Shown one piece after another: positions 1 to 11,822 of a stretch of 64,000 nucleotides of DNA. Source of the DNA: a virus; the IMG/VR virus record IMGVR_UViG_3300046787_000438, positions 32,001-96,000 of that record; one strand, given 5' to 3'. The notes below the pieces were generated by a model. That model ran no database searches and had not been told where the DNA came from. It saw only the letters and a program-made list of their open reading frames with translations. Made by a program: the position numbers and the translations under genes. The first letter of the stretch is position 1, and the number at the start of each line of letters is the position of its first letter.

Positions 1-2422
1 TAGTTCCGTCACTGACAACTTTCTCTTTAGTTGATCCAGACGCTAGAGGTGCACTAGCGGACCAAAATCTTCCAGTTGTTGATATAAATACAGCTCCATT
101 TCCAGCTACTGCAAGGAATTTACCGCTAGCAAATGCAATGCTATACACATAGTCAGAACCAGTACCTGGATGAGGTATAAACTCCCATGAGACGGCATCG
201 GCAGAGAACCAGAACCCATTAGTGTACGTAGTTATTACAAAACCAACTCCAGCACCATATGCTATAGAGGTCGGTGCTCCAGAGCCCCCTGTTAGGGCTG
301 TATATGTCCAGTTAACTCCATCTTCAGATCTGTACACGCCCGTGAACTGGCCAGTATTTGCTCCAATAAACCCGTACCCAGGGAAGTACTCTAAGACTCG
401 CAAATTCACCTGCGACTGGTTTGGTAAATAGTTTCTAGAAGCCTGAGCAGTCCAGGTCTCACCAGGGATAGTCACTGTACCGCCACCAGTATTTAGGGCA
501 GTGGTGGTTGCGTTCTGTATAGATACATTACCAACAAAGCTGTCTATAGATACGAAACCATCAATGCTATCTGATAAGGTAACTCTGGTTCTATAGAATT
601 CAGTGACATACGGCACGTCAACTAGAGGATATAAGCTAGGAACTCCGTTAGCATAAGAGACTAGTCTTAGCTTACCGTACCCCTCGAAGGAGACTATATA
701 GTCGCCAGCAGCATACTCTGCAGCGATCGCTGAGTTATTTCCGTCTACAAGATATAGGTCTTCCTCCACGCCAGTACCAGCTGGGCCAGTATTTCCTGTC
801 GCTCCTGTTGCCCCCGTTGGGCCTTGAATTGATCCGATCTCTATGTATGCGTTCGCCCCTGGGGTCCACATATATAAGATACCAGCTACTAGATATGCCC
901 TACCTAATACGCCAGAAGGATCCGCTGCCACAAACTCTTCGTACGACGAGTAGCTACCCGCTAACGTCAGTGGAGCCCCCGTCTCCCCCTGAGGACCTGT
1001 GTCGCCTGTTGCCCCTGTAGCTCCTGTATCTCCAGCAGGTCCAGTTTCACCAGTAGGACCTGTGTCGCCTGTTGCTCCCTGAGGACCTGTGTCGCCTGTT
1101 GCTCCCTGAGGACCTGTGTCGCCTGTTGCTCCTGTAGCTCCAGATGCTCCCGTAGGGCCCTGAATAGATCCTAAGTCTACATATTGCTGGAATGAGTCAT
1201 CCCAGAAAAAAAGATGGCCACCGACAATATACGCTGTACCCAGTTCGCCAGACGTGATCTGGAGGTTAAACTCTTCTTCAGTACTATAGCTTGCTACAAT
1301 CTGGAATGGTGCGCCTACGTCACCCTGAGGGCCAGTAGGGCCAGCCTCTCCCGTAGCGCCAGTAGGGCCAGTGGTTCCTTGAATACCCTGAATGCCTTGA
1401 ATACCCTGAGCACCCTGAGGGCCAGTAGGGCCAACCTCCCCCTGATCTCCTTGAATACCCTGCTCGCCAGTAGCCCCCGTAGCTCCAGTCGGACCGACTT
1501 CGCCCTGAATACCTTGAATACCGTGACCGCCAATAGGGCCAGTGGGGCCCGTCGGGCCAAGCCCACCTTGTGCCCCAGTGGGGCCAGTCTCTCCAACTAA
1601 TCCCTGGATACCTTGAGTACCTGTAGCACCCGTTGGTCCTTGTAGCTGCCCAGTATTTACCCATGTCGAAGTCTCTATAGACCACACGTATAGGTAGCCA
1701 TCACCGACCAAGTGAGCGGAACCAGCTGAACCAGTCGGATGCTCGGCAATTAAATCTTCATAGGATGTGTGCGCATCTGTAATTTGTAGTCCTATACCTT
1801 GTGCACCAGTAGGGCCAGTAGGGCCAGTACCACCTGCTGGCCCGCTATTCCCTTGCGGTCCAGTAGTTCCGATTTCACCCTGAGGTCCTGTAGGACCTAA
1901 GTCACCCTGAGCACCCTGAGGACCAGTAGGGCCAGTTGGGCCAACTTCACCCTGAGGCCCAGTTGGACCTGTTGCACCAGTAGCGCCAGTTAATCCAGTT
2001 TGACCCGTGGATCCCTGATTCCCTTGCACACCTTGTGTGCCAGTTGGGCCAACTTCACCTTGTAGGCCAGTAGATCCTGTAGGACCCTGAACTCCCTGAG
2101 GCCCCGTTGGCCCAGTTATACCTTGAATACCTTGATTTCCTTGCGCACCTGTAGCGCCAGTAGCACCAACTGCACCCTGTGAGCCAGTTGGACCAGCTAT
2201 CGTGCTCGCAGCGCCAGTCGGGCCTGTAACACCAGTAGGACCGACATGCCCTGTTGGTCCAGTTGGGCCAGCTTCTCCCTGCGGTCCCGCAGCGCCAGTT
2301 GGGCCAGCAACTGTAGTTACAGTGACTGCACGCCAAGTAGAGCCATTCCATGTCCAAGTGTATAGACCGTAGGTGAATGAATCTCCGATGGATGGATTGC
2401 TCGGGAAATCAATAGTTGGCAT
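1..2422 (-). CDS. Collagen-like tail fibre protein (partial, runs off the left edge)
   Basis: ATG at 2422 ([30 protein letters not shown]...) followed by long GPTG/GPQG Gly-X-Y tracts and a C-terminal domain with S.DGxxW-like motifs. It is absent from the ORF track, consistent with no in-window stop; the frame is open at positions 1-60. Confidence 0.85.
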   Translation of the reverse strand, partial: MPTIDFPSNPSIGDSFTYGLYTWTWNGSTWRAVTVTTVAGPTGAAGPQGEAGPTGPTGHVGPTGVTGPTGAASTIAGPTGSQGAVGATGATGAQGNQGIQGITGPTGPQGVQGPTGSTGLQGEVGPTGTQGVQGNQGSTGQTGLTGATGATGPTGPQGEVGPTGPTGPQGAQGDLGPTGPQGEIGTTGPQGNSGPAGGTGPTGPTGAQGIGLQITDAHTSYEDLIAEHPTGSAGSAHLVGDGYLYVWSIETSTWVNTGQLQGPTGATGTQGIQGLVGETGPTGAQGGLGPTGPTGPIGGHGIQGIQGEVGPTGATGATGEQGIQGDQGEVGPTGPQGAQGIQGIQGIQGTTGPTGATGEAGPTGPQGDVGAPFQIVASYSTEEEFNLQITSGELGTAYIVGGHLFFWDDSFQQYVDLGSIQGPTGASGATGATGDTGPQGATGDTGPQGATGDTGPTGETGPAGDTGATGATGDTGPQGETGAPLTLAGSYSSYEEFVAADPSGVLGRAYLVAGILYMWTPGANAYIEIGSIQGPTGATGATGNTGPAGTGVEEDLYLVDGNNSAIAAEYAAGDYIVSFEGYGKLRLVSYANGVPSLYPLVDVPYVTEFYRTRVTLSDSIDGFVSIDSFVGNVSIQNATTTALNTGGGTVTIPGETWTAQASRNYLPNQSQVNLRVLEYFPGYGFIGANTGQFTGVYRSEDGVNWTYTALTGGSGAPTSIAYGAGVGFVITTYTNGFWFSADAVSWEFIPHPGTGSDYVYSIAFASGKFLAVAGNGAVFISTTGRFWSASAPLASGSTKEKVVSDGT

Positions 2423-2481
2423 TAGTGTCCTTAAATGGCAGAGATCACTACTATTTTACCTTAAAACAGAGCAGCCGTTAA

Positions 2482-3462
2482 TTATACGCTGTCTATCCAG
2501 GTACCACTAGCAGCATCCCAGACTTTAACTGATGACTCTTTCCAGGTGCTATCTGCTTCATTATATATATATACAATGGATTCTTGCCACGTGGATGTTG
2601 CAGAATTATATACATGCACCCTCTGACCATCGTTAGCTACCACTAATGATAGTCCCGAGGTGTAAATAGTCCCACCATCACCTGATGCGCTTAGTACAAA
2701 GTTGTATGTGCCAGCTGACCCGTCTACAGGAGTACCAGTGAGTGCACCTGACGCAGTATTAATCGATATACCTGATGGTAGCGATCCGCTATATAGTGCG
2801 TAGCTAGACACGGCTGTCGCCGAGATACCATCTGAATACGCTGTATTTTCTTTCGCGCTAGCAGATATAGAGTTATCTAGCCATGTAGGGGTAGGCGGAA
2901 AATACGGAGGGAAGAACGGTGGGAAGAACGGGAAGAAAGGAGGGAAGAAGGGAGGGAAGAACGGGAAGAAAGGAGGGAAGAATGGTGGGAAGAACGGTGG
3001 GAAGAAAGGAGGGAAGAAAGGAGGGAAGAAGGGAGGGAAGAAAGGGAATGCTGGTGGTGCGCTAAATAGAGGTATAGTCTGAGCTACTGTAGACGTACCT
3101 AGCAGACCTCCTACTCCATCTGTCGCGGTTATAGTTAAGGTCGAGCTAGCAGATCCGTATGGAATATATCTAGTAAATTGTGAGAACACGGTTTGTGGGT
3201 CGCCATTAGCAAAGTTATATGACCAGTTGGCGGAGTTAGATGCTGATGCTGTACCTGTCGAGCTGCCAGATCTTGCTCCTGGAAGGCTCCACGATCTAGT
3301 TGCTATAGAGCTATTTGGAGTTCGAATTTCTCCAGCATTACGCTGAGCATAGGCGTAGATGTCAATTTGAGTGCCATCACCGACATCGTAGGTGTAAACG
3401 TCAACATAAAGCTTTACGGTAGTTCGTAAGCTAAATGAGGCCGATTTACTGTAGTACGCCAT
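2482..3462 (-). CDS. Putative virion protein with central (PPFF)n tract and C-terminal Ig-like (He_PIG-type) domain
   Basis: About 55-aa P/F tract; GSLPSGISINTASGALTGTP is a typical putative Ig motif; last gene of a fibre operon. Confidence 0.7.
   Translation of the reverse strand: MAYYSKSASFSLRTTVKLYVDVYTYDVGDGTQIDIYAYAQRNAGEIRTPNSSIATRSWSLPGARSGSSTGTASASNSANWSYNFANGDPQTVFSQFTRYIPYGSASSTLTITATDGVGGLLGTSTVAQTIPLFSAPPAFPFFPPFFPPFFPPFFPPFFPPFFPPFFPFFPPFFPPFFPFFPPFFPPYFPPTPTWLDNSISASAKENTAYSDGISATAVSSYALYSGSLPSGISINTASGALTGTPVDGSAGTYNFVLSASGDGGTIYTSGLSLVVANDGQRVHVYNSATSTWQESIVYIYNEADSTWKESSVKVWDAASGTWIDSV
2893..3057 (-). repeat. (PPFF/PFF)n coding repeat ending PPYF
   Basis: Purine-rich GGAAGAA-type repeats on + strand; translation seen directly. 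Confidence 0.95.
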
Positions 3463-3475
3463 TTAAAATCAGACC

Positions 3476-4819
3476 TTAGGGACGCTTAATTAGTATGTCA
3501 CCATCGGACATGCCAGAGACTGGAAAGGTATTTTGAACGTATACCTTGTGTGAATTTATTTTTGTTGCATTAGAGGCAGTTCCTGTCAAATCCCCGATGA
3601 AAGTAGTTGCAGTGACATTGCCAGTCAAGGTTGGGTTACTTGCAAAAGATAAAGTGCCTGAGCTCAGGACTATTGGGCTAGTGACTGAATAGGTGCCTGC
3701 AGCCCCTGTACTACCAGTATCGCCCTTTGCGCCAGTATCGCCCTTAGGGCCAGTGTCACCCTGCGGGCCAACAATTTGACCGACATTGTGCCAAGGTAGT
3801 GCACCATCCCACACATATAAATCACCATCTGCATCAACAATATAAGCATCATTGACTAAATTATTAGATGAGGGTAGTGCAGATACCGTGGAAACAGAGC
3901 CCTTAAACGATATGCTTGTACCCTGAGGTCCCATTGCGCCTGTAGGCCCCATGATGGATCCTAGGTCATCATAAATTTCAGTGACTGGATTCCAAAAATA
4001 CAAGTGACCGTCTACTATGTACGCTGATCCTGGTTCATTTGCTAAAACAGAAAGATTGAACTCACTCAGAGTTGTATACGTTTGCACTATTTGAAAAGGT
4101 GCACCATTTAGTCCATCTGCACCAGGCTGACCAGTTGCCCCCGTGTCACCCTTAACTCCCTGCAAGCCAGTCGTACCAGTATTTCCCTGGATACCTTGAG
4201 GTCCAGTATCTCCAGTATCCCCCTTGACGCCTTGAATACCCTGAGCACCCTGAGGTCCAGTATCGCCTTGAATTCCCTGTTCGCCTTGGGGGCCTGTAAT
4301 TCCTTGAATACCTTGTAGACCTCTAGGCCCAAGTTCTCCCGCAGGGCCAGTATCTCCTCTAGCTCCCTGCGGACCAGTTAAACCTAAATCTCCCTGAGGC
4401 CCAGTGGGGCCAGTAACTCCTTGAAGCCCTTGAGGACCAAACTCTCCTTGAGGTCCCACCGAGCCAGTAGGCCCAGTATCACCCTGTGGCCCTACAATCT
4501 GGCCAGCGTTATCCCAGGAAGACCCGTTCCATACGTAGAGGTCTCCATCTTGGTTATTTACATATCCATCGTTTACAGAGGCACCTAAAGGCAGCTCTGA
4601 CACATCATTTACGGTACCCTTAAAAGTTAGCCCCACCCCCTGAGGCCCTTGAGGGCCAGTTGGCCCTGTTGGTCCACTGACTAGCTCAGTGGATAGTGCC
4701 TCCCAGTAATACCCATTCCAAGTCCAAGACTGAGTACTAGTAGCAAAAGCTCCACCTTGGGATGATGCTTCAAAAATATCGCCGATCTCGGGTGAGTTTG
4801 GAAAATCTAGAATGGTCAT
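3476..4819 (-). CDS. Collagen-like tail fibre protein
   Basis: Gly-X-Y repeats interrupted by small globular modules (GDLYVW.G..W.N.GQIVGP). Confidence 0.85.
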   Translation of the reverse strand: MTILDFPNSPEIGDIFEASSQGGAFATSTQSWTWNGYYWEALSTELVSGPTGPTGPQGPQGVGLTFKGTVNDVSELPLGASVNDGYVNNQDGDLYVWNGSSWDNAGQIVGPQGDTGPTGSVGPQGEFGPQGLQGVTGPTGPQGDLGLTGPQGARGDTGPAGELGPRGLQGIQGITGPQGEQGIQGDTGPQGAQGIQGVKGDTGDTGPQGIQGNTGTTGLQGVKGDTGATGQPGADGLNGAPFQIVQTYTTLSEFNLSVLANEPGSAYIVDGHLYFWNPVTEIYDDLGSIMGPTGAMGPQGTSISFKGSVSTVSALPSSNNLVNDAYIVDADGDLYVWDGALPWHNVGQIVGPQGDTGPKGDTGAKGDTGSTGAAGTYSVTSPIVLSSGTLSFASNPTLTGNVTATTFIGDLTGTASNATKINSHKVYVQNTFPVSGMSDGDILIKRP

Positions 4820-4835
4820 TATATATATTCCTAGG

Positions 4836-5597
4836 TTAAATTTCTAATGCTTTAAGTCTACTAGCCAACTGATCCAATGCTTCGAATATGGTAGTAGGCG
4901 CTGGGCTCCAGTCAGATGACTGGGTGGGAGTGTAGTTAGAGCTCCCAGCAGCTCCAGTCGGGCCAGTAGGGCCGACTTCGCCTGCAATTGTCTCTACCCA
5001 AAAGTTGTCATAGTAAATTAGTAGCTTACCCTCTAGGCTGCTGTACCAAATCATGCCGTCTAGAGCTGGGCTAGGTGCTGAGTCCGAGATTAAAAAGGTT
5101 CCTGCCTGTCCAGTTGCACCCGTAGGACCCGTAGCTCCAGTTGGTCCAATTGGACCTAGATCTCCAGTATTGCCTAGATCGCCCTTAGGCCCTGTAGGCC
5201 CCATATCTCCATCAGTACCATCAAGCCCATCGTCTCCGCGATTGCCTTTGTCGCCTTTTAAACCTTGAGGACCAGTTGCTCCCTGAATACCCTGAGATCC
5301 AATTGGACCTGTCGCTCCGACTGCACCTTGTGGCCCAGTATCTCCAGTAGCTCCTTGCGCTCCAGTAGGTCCAGTAGGGCCAACTACTCCTGTTGGACCA
5401 GTCACACCTTGGATACCTTGAATTCCTCTAGGGCCTACGGGGCCAGTATCGCCTAACCCACCCTGAGGACCAGTTGGACCTATAGATGCTGTAGATGCAA
5501 GTACACCCCAAACGGCACCATCCCATTTCCAGGTTGTTCCTCCAGCTGAGTGAGTGTCATTCACTACTGGATTATTAGGAAAATTAATTGAAGACAT
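4836..5597 (-). CDS. Collagen-like tail fibre protein
   Basis: N-terminal INFPNNP...WKWDG module, Gly-X-Y tract, C-terminal coiled coil ([14 protein letters not shown]). Confidence 0.85.
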   Translation of the reverse strand: MSSINFPNNPVVNDTHSAGGTTWKWDGAVWGVLASTASIGPTGPQGGLGDTGPVGPRGIQGIQGVTGPTGVVGPTGPTGAQGATGDTGPQGAVGATGPIGSQGIQGATGPQGLKGDKGNRGDDGLDGTDGDMGPTGPKGDLGNTGDLGPIGPTGATGPTGATGQAGTFLISDSAPSPALDGMIWYSSLEGKLLIYYDNFWVETIAGEVGPTGPTGAAGSSNYTPTQSSDWSPAPTTIFEALDQLASRLKALEI

Positions 5598-8458
5598 TAT
5601 GGAGTTCCTCCATCGATAGTGTCAGCCCAAATAAAGTCGTAATCATCTTCGCTAACTTTTATCAAGACTTGCCCAGCGGAACCGCCAGTAGGAAGTCCAA
5701 CTCCAGGTTGCCCAGTCGGTCCAGTCTCGCCTACGGCTCCAGTAGATCCCGTAGGGCCTATACCCCCCTGGGGGCCAACTTGCGTGTAAGTGACCTGCGT
5801 AGCCGTTAAAATTATAGATGGAATGTGCGGTGCAGGGGATCCAGTAGTATTGTGCAGCAATACTATGTTCGTATTATCGGTTGACCACATTAATTCATAG
5901 TAGTCTCCAGCGACTATCTCAAAGACATAGTTCCAGGCAACTACTATATACGGGTTATTCGTATTTACTGCGGTAGTTCCAGCCGAATCTGCCACGTCTA
6001 CGCCATTTTTACGTAGCCATATTCTTACAGTAGTTCCATTACCTCCGCCACCAGCATTGTGTAATTGGGCAGAAAATTGAATATTGTATACGCCATCACT
6101 ATTAAAAGTTATTCTGGTATTGCCAACTACTGTTACTCCGTTAGCTCCTCCGATCGAGCCATATTTAATGGCGTATGGCGTATTTACACTTCCAGCTACC
6201 TGGGTAGTCTCATCATAGAATGACCCCCAGTAAGCCACTGTTCCTCCTGCGCCAGGGGCTCCAGTTGGACCTATAGAGCCTGTAGCACCAGTTGGTCCCT
6301 GCGCTCCAGTTGGACCACTGTTACCTACAAACCCTTGAGCACCTTGAATACCTTGAATACCCTGTGCTCCAGTTGGGCCTATAGGTCCTGTATCTCCCGT
6401 AAGTCCTGCTTGTCCTGTGGGACCTGTTGGTCCAATATCTCCAGCATCTCCCTGAGCTCCAGTTGGGCCAGCTTCTCCCTGTGGTCCTGTGCTTCCTGTA
6501 TTACCTGCAGGTCCAGTCGTTCCTTGGATGCCTTGTTCCCCTGGAGCACCTTGATCTCCTTGATCACCTTTAAGACCCTGCTCACCTGCAGGCCCAGTTA
6601 TACCTTGAATACCCTGATCACCCTGAGCACCCTGAGGACCAGTAGGGCCAGTTGGGCCAACTTCACCCTGAGGCCCAGTTGGACCGATAGGCCCTTGCTC
6701 TGCAACTGCAACCTCTACCCAGAAACTGTCATAATACATGTAGAACTTAGCGTTGACTGAGTTAAACCAAGAGTCCCCTTCTGAAGGAGACAGCGGGGCA
6801 GTATCTGAAATAGTATAAGCACCCTGCGCACCTGTTGGTCCTGTAGGACCTAAGTCACCCTGGTTACCCTGCTGCCCCTGCGGACCAGTGGGCCCTTGAG
6901 GGAGCACTAAGTCGAGTATTTGATCTGGAGCCTCGCCTGAAATATAGGCAGAAGCTGATTCACCAGGGGCTGTAGTAGTTACGTCACCTATTGATAGCTC
7001 GTTAACGGCACCAGTTGGTCCTGTAACACCCTGAATACCTTGAATACCTTGCGCACCAGTCGGGCCAGTAGGGCCAGTAGGTCCTTGAATACCCTGTTCA
7101 CCCTGAGGTCCTACAATCTGACCAGCATCTACCCAGGAGTCGCCGCTCCAGACGTGCAGATTACCATCTTCATCGACAATGTAGGCATCATTAGTGTCTG
7201 CAGAATCTGGAAGGTCTGCTAGTACGGAAACAGATCCGACAAAATTAATGTTGGTGCCTTGAGGTCCAGTAGGGCCTGTAGATCCAGTCGGGCCTAGGGC
7301 TCCAGTTGGACCAGCTAAGCTTGCATTTACCTCTACCCAGTAGCCGTCGATATATAGATAAAATGCTGCACTAGTCGAGTCAAACCAGCCATCTCCTTCT
7401 TCTGGAGATTCTGGAGGTAGCGTAGAAACGGCAAAATTACCGTCTGGGCCAGTAGCACCAGTTGCGCCAGTCGGGCCAAGGGAGCCTGTCGGTCCTGTAA
7501 TGCTCAGGCCTGCCGCACCGCGAGAACCCGTTGGACCTGTTGCACCTGTGGGCCCTGCCTGACCTGCTGAACCAGTTGGTCCAACAATTGATAGACCTGC
7601 TAGACCCTGCGATCCAGTTGGCCCTTGAATACCCTGAGCACCCTGAGGGCCAGTAGCACCACGAGGTCCTGTAATACTTAGACCAGCTGAACCTTGAGAC
7701 CCAGTAGCACCAGTAGCACCAGTTGGTCCAGTGTCTCCCTTAGCTCCAGTAGATCCTGTTGCCCCGTTTGTACCGTCTCTACCAGCTGCACCTGTTGCGC
7801 CTGTAGGGCCAGCAGCACCAGTCGCGCCTGTAGCACCATTAGTGCCAGCTGCACCTGTCGGGCCTGTAGCACCGTCAACGCCATCGACACCATCAACACC
7901 ATCAGCGCCAGCGGCACCAGTTGGGCCTATAGCACCATCAACACCATCAGTGCCAGCTGCACCTGTCGGGCCTGTAGCACCTTGAATACCCTGTGCACCA
8001 GTAGGTCCTGTAATACTTAGACCTGCTAGACCTCGAGCACCCGTGGCACCTGTAGCACCAGTAGCACCGACTGTGCCAGTTGCACCAGTAGGTCCTGTAA
8101 TACTTAGACCTGCTAGACCTCGAGCACCCGTGGCACCAGTAGCACCGACTGTGCCAGTTGCACCAGTAGGTCCTGTAGCACCATCAATACCATCTGACCC
8201 ATCTGAGCCTCTTGCACCTGTAGCTCCTGTAGCACCCGTAGGACCTACCGAGCCCGTTGGTCCAGGCACGGTAGATGCTGCACCCGTGGCACCTGTAGCA
8301 CCAGTTGCACCTATCGCACCTGCTGGGCCTGTTGCACCTGTGGCACCTATCGCACCTGTGGGGCCTCCAGCTGGTCCTGCGGGACCAGTTGGTCCAGCGG
8401 GTCCCTGAGGTCCAGGACCTTTAATATCTACATATGCAAAGTTATCGGAGAGTGCCAT
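5597..8458 (-). CDS. Long collagen-like tail fibre protein
   Basis: 953 aa, extensive GATG/GPTG repeats, C-terminal beta-rich (BclA/C1q-like) domain. Confidence 0.88.
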   Translation of the reverse strand: MALSDNFAYVDIKGPGPQGPAGPTGPAGPAGGPTGAIGATGATGPAGAIGATGATGATGAASTVPGPTGSVGPTGATGATGARGSDGSDGIDGATGPTGATGTVGATGATGARGLAGLSITGPTGATGTVGATGATGATGARGLAGLSITGPTGAQGIQGATGPTGAAGTDGVDGAIGPTGAAGADGVDGVDGVDGATGPTGAAGTNGATGATGAAGPTGATGAAGRDGTNGATGSTGAKGDTGPTGATGATGSQGSAGLSITGPRGATGPQGAQGIQGPTGSQGLAGLSIVGPTGSAGQAGPTGATGPTGSRGAAGLSITGPTGSLGPTGATGATGPDGNFAVSTLPPESPEEGDGWFDSTSAAFYLYIDGYWVEVNASLAGPTGALGPTGSTGPTGPQGTNINFVGSVSVLADLPDSADTNDAYIVDEDGNLHVWSGDSWVDAGQIVGPQGEQGIQGPTGPTGPTGAQGIQGIQGVTGPTGAVNELSIGDVTTTAPGESASAYISGEAPDQILDLVLPQGPTGPQGQQGNQGDLGPTGPTGAQGAYTISDTAPLSPSEGDSWFNSVNAKFYMYYDSFWVEVAVAEQGPIGPTGPQGEVGPTGPTGPQGAQGDQGIQGITGPAGEQGLKGDQGDQGAPGEQGIQGTTGPAGNTGSTGPQGEAGPTGAQGDAGDIGPTGPTGQAGLTGDTGPIGPTGAQGIQGIQGAQGFVGNSGPTGAQGPTGATGSIGPTGAPGAGGTVAYWGSFYDETTQVAGSVNTPYAIKYGSIGGANGVTVVGNTRITFNSDGVYNIQFSAQLHNAGGGGNGTTVRIWLRKNGVDVADSAGTTAVNTNNPYIVVAWNYVFEIVAGDYYELMWSTDNTNIVLLHNTTGSPAPHIPSIILTATQVTYTQVGPQGGIGPTGSTGAVGETGPTGQPGVGLPTGGSAGQVLIKVSEDDYDFIWADTIDGGTP

Positions 8459-8832
8459 TACTTAGTTACCTCAGGTCTCACAATAAATTTTCCTTGAATA
8501 ATTCTCGTAGTTTCACTAGTAGGTGATTCAACCTCTAGGTCATATACGTAAGATTTGGGCTCGTATGCAGCCATGTCCGCAGGTGGAATTAGAAGAGTCA
8601 CTGACCCTGCGGATTGATTTACTGTTAAATAGCCGTTTTGAGTAGTGTATTCGGCAACTATAGTGGTCGCTGGATCCCTGTTTTCCACGTCCCACGATCT
8701 GACTTGCATACGAGCCGTATACCCTGTAAGTGCGATAGGCTTACGCGCTGAGTTTTTGATACCAAAAACTTGGTGCACAGTCGACCCCTGGTCAGTGACC
8801 AGGTCGTGCACGTTGCCGCGAAAATAGCTCAT
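8458..8832 (-). CDS. Tail-fibre adaptor/baseplate-like protein (paralog of 24317..24679)
   Basis: DQGST...ARMQVR...YDLE...QG.F.VR.EVT motif; first gene of a fibre operon. Confidence 0.65.
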   Translation of the reverse strand: MSYFRGNVHDLVTDQGSTVHQVFGIKNSARKPIALTGYTARMQVRSWDVENRDPATTIVAEYTTQNGYLTVNQSAGSVTLLIPPADMAAYEPKSYVYDLEVESPTSETTRIIQGKFIVRPEVTK

Positions 8833-8867
8833 TGCGAGTCCTTACAGGGAGACTAGACTAATCCCTA

Positions 8868-8880
8868 TAATTTTACCGCA
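8868..8880 (-). promoter_or_regulatory. Putative promoter motif TGCGGTAAAATTA (extended -10)
   Basis: Near-identical motif upstream of the minus-strand genes starting at 24679 and 60186. Confidence 0.6.
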
Positions 8881-8896
8881 GTTTGGCTAAACTGAG

Positions 8897-9619
8897 TTAG
8901 TAGCCCCCAGTATTGACGCCAGACTTGAGAGGGTGCTCACCCTTGTCGAGCTGGTCCTTCCACTCTGCCTGCATCTCTTTTTGTTGAGCTCGGACGCCCT
9001 CTATTTCAGCTTCCCACTCCGCCATGCGTTCTTCAGTATAGGTAGATTCGGCGTAATCCCAGAAAGCCCCAATGGTATGGCGAGTCCCTGACTCTACGAC
9101 CTTTACTTCATGTACGTTACCAATGCCGCCAGGGAAAGTAATTAGCTGCCCTGTTTTTGGCTTGATAGTGATTGGGTGGTCTCGGTAATTCAAATCTCCA
9201 CCGACATAATCATCATTGATGTAGAGCAGGCATACGAGCTTGCTCTTTTCCCAAGCTGACCAGTTACCTTCCATATCTGTGTTGTCTGAGTGGAAAGGGG
9301 CAAACGCCCCTACTTGCCACTTCTGAGCATGAGATGAGACTGATTTGACTGGACGCTGGTGAGCGTCCTCAACTGCCGCCTTCATCCTGTCTGCAAGCTT
9401 ACCTAGGTAGTCAGTAGGTAGGCCGTACTTCTCTAGCAATGGGTCCTCTGGCATGATGCTCATACCGTATGACTCGAAGAACGCTGACATGCTCCAAGGC
9501 TGCTCGGGATCTTCAAAAAATTCTACGATTTTAGCGCATTCTTCGGAAGAGATGAAGTCCTCATATGAGATGATATCTTCTTTGTAGAGAGTCTTTTCAC
9601 CGAACTCAGTGTTTGTCAT
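8897..9619 (-). CDS. 2OG-Fe(II) oxygenase, prolyl-4-hydroxylase-like
   Basis: FHSD...LLYINDDYVGGDL...HEV...R. Confidence 0.88.
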   Translation of the reverse strand: MTNTEFGEKTLYKEDIISYEDFISSEECAKIVEFFEDPEQPWSMSAFFESYGMSIMPEDPLLEKYGLPTDYLGKLADRMKAAVEDAHQRPVKSVSSHAQKWQVGAFAPFHSDNTDMEGNWSAWEKSKLVCLLYINDDYVGGDLNYRDHPITIKPKTGQLITFPGGIGNVHEVKVVESGTRHTIGAFWDYAESTYTEERMAEWEAEIEGVRAQQKEMQAEWKDQLDKGEHPLKSGVNTGGY

Positions 9620-10073
9620 CTAAATCTCCTTCATAACCTAGCTCTACTAGGAATCTACTGCTGTCAAATCTTTGATTGTCTTTAGAAAATAGCTTAGCAA
9701 ACTCCATAGCTAAGTAGCGATGAGACTCTCCAGAAATTCTTCCAATTACCGACTTTAAAATCTGGCTCGTTTTATGGTAGTCGTCACGAACAAATGTACA
9801 CTCTCCACCACGTGGACGTCTAAGAACTTTAGTGTGTACCTTACCTGTAGGTTCATATAGTTCAATAGTCAAGAAATCTTTAGCAAATCCCCAGTCCGTG
9901 TAGGCTGCGTACCCATTGGCGGCGTTTATTGCATCACCATAGAAGTAGATAGACCTAGCTGGAGACTCTCCATCTCGGGCAATCGTAAGCATGTATGAGT
10001 CAGCAGTTTTACTTACCACTCGATTTCTATAGTCAGAAACCATGTCAACATGCTCTGTCTTTAATTCGCTCAT
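9606..10073 (-). CDS. Hypothetical protein within the oxygenase array
   Basis: ORF translationally coupled to both neighbours; start set at the MSELK ATG. Confidence 0.65.
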   Translation of the reverse strand: MSELKTEHVDMVSDYRNRVVSKTADSYMLTIARDGESPARSIYFYGDAINAANGYAAYTDWGFAKDFLTIELYEPTGKVHTKVLRRPRGGECTFVRDDYHKTSQILKSVIGRISGESHRYLAMEFAKLFSKDNQRFDSSRFLVELGYEGDLDDKH

Positions 10074-10933
10074 TTGTCGGTCCATAGCTCCATGGTTGTA
10101 TACATACTGTTATCATAGATCTTTGGTCTAATGCCAATTCCAGTGAATTTACGTTGCCCAGCGGTGAAGCCACCCATTACAGAGTGGTACATTCTAAATA
10201 GATCGACTATTAAGATGTCGCCTTCTTCCCATAGCTGGGAATATCTAATCTCTAAATTATCATTTAAGTTAGTTTTTAGTACGTCTAGTAGGACATTTAG
10301 CCTATCTACTTGCTCTTCTGTTGGGGGCTTACCGTCCCAAAGGGCAAGTTCTGGCATTAAATAAGAGCCTCGGTCCGTCTCTACCCTAAGTATCTCTTGC
10401 TGAGTTAGAGGGTGCTTATCTACTACTTTAGTGTAGAAAGGTCCAGTGCCATGTGGTGTAGGTTTATCCCATTTCACTATAGATTTAGAAAGAAACTCTC
10501 TATCCTTATTGCTATATAACGCGTACAATTCAGCAGAATCTACGAATCTAGTAGTCCCCGAGCCAGCAGGTGCTGTAAAAGTTGTCATGTGCCACACTCC
10601 AGCGAGTATCGGGTAGACGTAGTATACCTGCTCTATATGCCAATCTAAAACATACTCTTCAGAGGTCTGATTATAGTCTTTATCTACATTGTCAGAGTGC
10701 CCGCCAGGGTATATAGACGTTTCTATAGTAGAGCGAGGAGCATCCGATGACACATTCCAGCCCATGGAGTTACCTAGAGTCTTTGTTAGCTCGACTTGAT
10801 CCTCGAGCGAGAAGTCTCCGCCCCTAATAACTAAAACGCCATCACGTTTAAATACTGCCTTAAGGGCGTCTACGTCACTAAAAAGATCTTCAACAGATGT
10901 AGCTTCAATTATCTTTATCGATTTTTCTGGCAT
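10070..10933 (-). CDS. TauD/TfdA-family 2OG-Fe(II) dioxygenase
   Basis: GVLVIRG, WHIE, GTTRFVD, WEEGDILIVD...H motifs. Confidence 0.82.
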   Translation of the reverse strand: MPEKSIKIIEATSVEDLFSDVDALKAVFKRDGVLVIRGGDFSLEDQVELTKTLGNSMGWNVSSDAPRSTIETSIYPGGHSDNVDKDYNQTSEEYVLDWHIEQVYYVYPILAGVWHMTTFTAPAGSGTTRFVDSAELYALYSNKDREFLSKSIVKWDKPTPHGTGPFYTKVVDKHPLTQQEILRVETDRGSYLMPELALWDGKPPTEEQVDRLNVLLDVLKTNLNDNLEIRYSQLWEEGDILIVDLFRMYHSVMGGFTAGQRKFTGIGIRPKIYDNSMYTTMELWTDK

Positions 10934-10936
10934 TCT

Positions 10937-11812
10937 CTAAATCTCTTCATCTGGCTCGTAGCGGTCTTTTAGATTACCTGACTCTAAAAGCTGGTAGTAC
11001 TCTTTTAGAGTTACTCTCATTTTCATATATGGCTCCATAATTTTCAAATCATGGCGCTTCCTGCGTGAGATCTCTAGTTCTTCAAACTCGTCGCCGTACT
11101 TCTCCTTAAGCTCATGCCAGTCTGGAGTTCCTTCAAAGTTATACATCCAATAGAGTCTAGTTATATATTTAGGTGCTCCATAAATTCTTTTAACGGCGTG
11201 AAAATAAGGGTATCCTGAAGGAAATATTACTAAATCCCCCGCTTTGGGCTTATATTCAAACTCTCGTACAACTTCCCCGTCCTCGATCACGCGGTATGCA
11301 ATTTCTCCACCCTCGTAGTCGTCATTTGGGTATAAGACACCAGTTATGCCGAATTTATCTCCAGGACTGTCGGCAATCTCTGGCATATAATCAGAGTGAT
11401 AGTTCATGGTTAAATGTTCGTTACCATTTAGATTTTCATCAGGTATGTATCTAGCTAGGCCCCAGGGTTGGCATGACCAGTTGGTAAGCGATATCCCCGT
11501 GTGTTCGATATAAAATTTAGTTGCAAAGTGAAATGCCTTAGCCACCTCTAAAAAGTACTTGTCCGCTCCCTGCTCAGTTTCTGCTTTTTTGGCAACATCC
11601 TCCCACTCCTGTAGCGTCGGGAAGTGTGGGTGTGCTATAAAGGTATGTACTCTGCTATCTATTTGACGACCAAAACCGTACCAACCTCTCCAGTCGCCGT
11701 ATTCTTCATAGTAGTCGATATAGTCGTCAGGGTCGGACAGCACGTTGTGGAATACTATTACATTGTCATCTAGTATCTCGACATTTGGATTGTCTTTAGT
11801 GTAGTCTTCCAT
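10937..11812 (-). CDS. 2OG-Fe(II) oxygenase
   Basis: YHSD...LYPNDDYEGGEI...PKAGDLVIFPS...HAV. Confidence 0.88.
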   Translation of the reverse strand: MEDYTKDNPNVEILDDNVIVFHNVLSDPDDYIDYYEEYGDWRGWYGFGRQIDSRVHTFIAHPHFPTLQEWEDVAKKAETEQGADKYFLEVAKAFHFATKFYIEHTGISLTNWSCQPWGLARYIPDENLNGNEHLTMNYHSDYMPEIADSPGDKFGITGVLYPNDDYEGGEIAYRVIEDGEVVREFEYKPKAGDLVIFPSGYPYFHAVKRIYGAPKYITRLYWMYNFEGTPDWHELKEKYGDEFEELEISRRKRHDLKIMEPYMKMRVTLKEYYQLLESGNLKDRYEPDEEI

Positions 11813-11822
11813 CTAATCCTCG

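Noticed and set aside
222-8408. Many short alternative-frame or antisense ORFs (e.g. 1214..1600, 6335..6760, 7731..7985, 8043..8408)
   Set aside because: Shadows of the repetitive Gly-X-Y collagen codons
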